Positions 62,931-64,000 of a stretch of 64,000 nt of DNA are shown piece by piece. Each line of letters opens with the position of its first letter. The first letter of the stretch is position 1. The stretch lies in assembly GCF_009834535.1 (NCBI RefSeq), contig NC_045697.1, forward strand, positions 37,822,001 through 37,886,000. The letters run 5' to 3'. Below the pieces are notes generated by a model. The model was not told where the DNA came from. It made no database searches and saw nothing but the letters and a program-made list of their open reading frames with translations. This DNA is from Camelus ferus (Eukaryota). The position numbers and the translations under genes were made by a program.

Positions 62931-63655
62931 ACTTTTACCTTAACTTCACTTAATCCTTTTCTTTTTTTTTTTTTTTTGATGCTCTTCCTTTCTTTATGTA
63001 GATCCAAGTTTCTGACTTACATTGTTTTCCTTCTCTTTAAAGAATTTCTTTTAACATATCTTGCCAGGTAGGTCTACTGCTGACAAATACTCACAATTTT
63101 TGTTTGTCTGAGAAAGTCTTTATTCCTCTTTCACTCTTGAAGAAGAAACCTATGAATTATTTGAATTAAATGTTGTATATGGTATTAGGTAAGGGTCAAG
63201 AATATATATTTTTCTTATGTGGATGGCCAATTGCTCCAGCACTGTTTATTGAGAAGACCTTTTTCTTCACTGTATTGCAAGGGACCTTCATCATAAATCA
63301 AGTAATCAATATATGTTGGTCTATTATGGGATCACTTTTATTTCACAAATCTATGTATCCTTACACCAATACTACACCTAATTCTAATTATTATAGCTTT
63401 ATATTAAGTCTTGAAATATGATCACTTAAACCCTCTTTTCCTTTTTTCAATTTTCTCTTGGGCTTTTTTAAGGTCCTTTATTTTCCATATATATTTTAGA
63501 TTCATCTTACCAATTTCCACAAAATTCTTGCTGGGATTTCAACTGTAGCTATGTTGAATAATTAGATCAATAGAAGAGAAATTAACATCTTAACAACACT
63601 GAATTTTCCAAAAGAGAAAAATGATCTGTTTCTCCATTTATCACATTTATTTATT
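62930..63655 (-). mobile_element. Antisense L1 pieces (ORF1 3' end ~62930-63145; ORF2 post-RT ~63150-63655)
   Basis: GTAGATCCAAGTTTCTGAC...TTTGTTTGTCTGAGAAAGTCTTTATT; TTGCTCCAGCACTGTTTATTGA...CATCTTAACAACACTGAAT. Confidence 0.8.
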
Positions 63656-64000
63656 TTTCTCAAGCTCACATGGAACATTCACTAAAATAAACCACATTCT
63701 GGGGTGTAAGACACCCCTTAACAAATTTTTTAACTAGGAATCATACAATGTCTGCTCTCAGATCACAGCAGAATTAAGCCAGAAATCAATAACAAAAAGA
63801 TAACTGGAAATTTTCAAAATACGTGGATATTAAACAAAACACTTCTAAATAAAACATGGGCCAAAGAAGAAATCTCAAGGAAACTTTTAAAATATTTTGC
63901 ACTAAGTGAAAATGAAAACACAGCTTGTCAAAATTTGTGGGAAGCAGCAAAACCAGTGCATAGAAGGAAATTTATAGCATTGGATGTATATATTCGAAAA
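63655..64000 (+). mobile_element. L1 ORF2 endonuclease-region relic, runs off the window
   Basis: TCAAGCTCACATGGAACATTCAC...CACATTCTGGG...CAAAATTTGTGGGAAGCAGC...GGAAATTTATAGCA. Confidence 0.9.

Noticed and set aside
1..64000. CRISPR array, operon or prokaryotic defence system
   Set aside because: The sequence is mammalian repeat-rich DNA with no repeat-spacer array and no long ORFs

Overview
This is mammalian genomic DNA, AT-rich, CpG-depleted and without a CpG island. It is most likely camelid, inferred from a tRNA-derived Vic-1-like SINE, the L1 3' tails, and the absence of Alu, B1, Bov-A/tA, PRE1 and Can-SINE. Roughly half of the window is recognisable decayed interspersed repeat: MIR, L2, L3/CR1, L1 of several ages, a near-complete HAL1, MaLR/ERVL/ERV1 solo LTRs, and hAT/Tigger/mariner relics. 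I recognise no known protein-coding gene or RNA gene. The six-frame ORFs are repeat-derived or look like chance ORFs, so the window appears intronic or intergenic. The best leads are: (1) an RFX/ETS-motif promoter-like patch at ~20.3-20.7 kb heading a speculative chain of minus-strand exons that ends at a well-formed poly(A) site near 2.4 kb; (2) an old ~130-bp local duplication with a near-invariant 27-bp core; (3) an apparent ~0.7-kb inversion inside old L1 sequence; (4) several nested insertions with readable target-site duplications. Repeat subfamily names come from recalled consensus similarity by eye, boundaries are approximate, and no search was run. I found no convincing evidence of a novel biological system; the leads are hypotheses.
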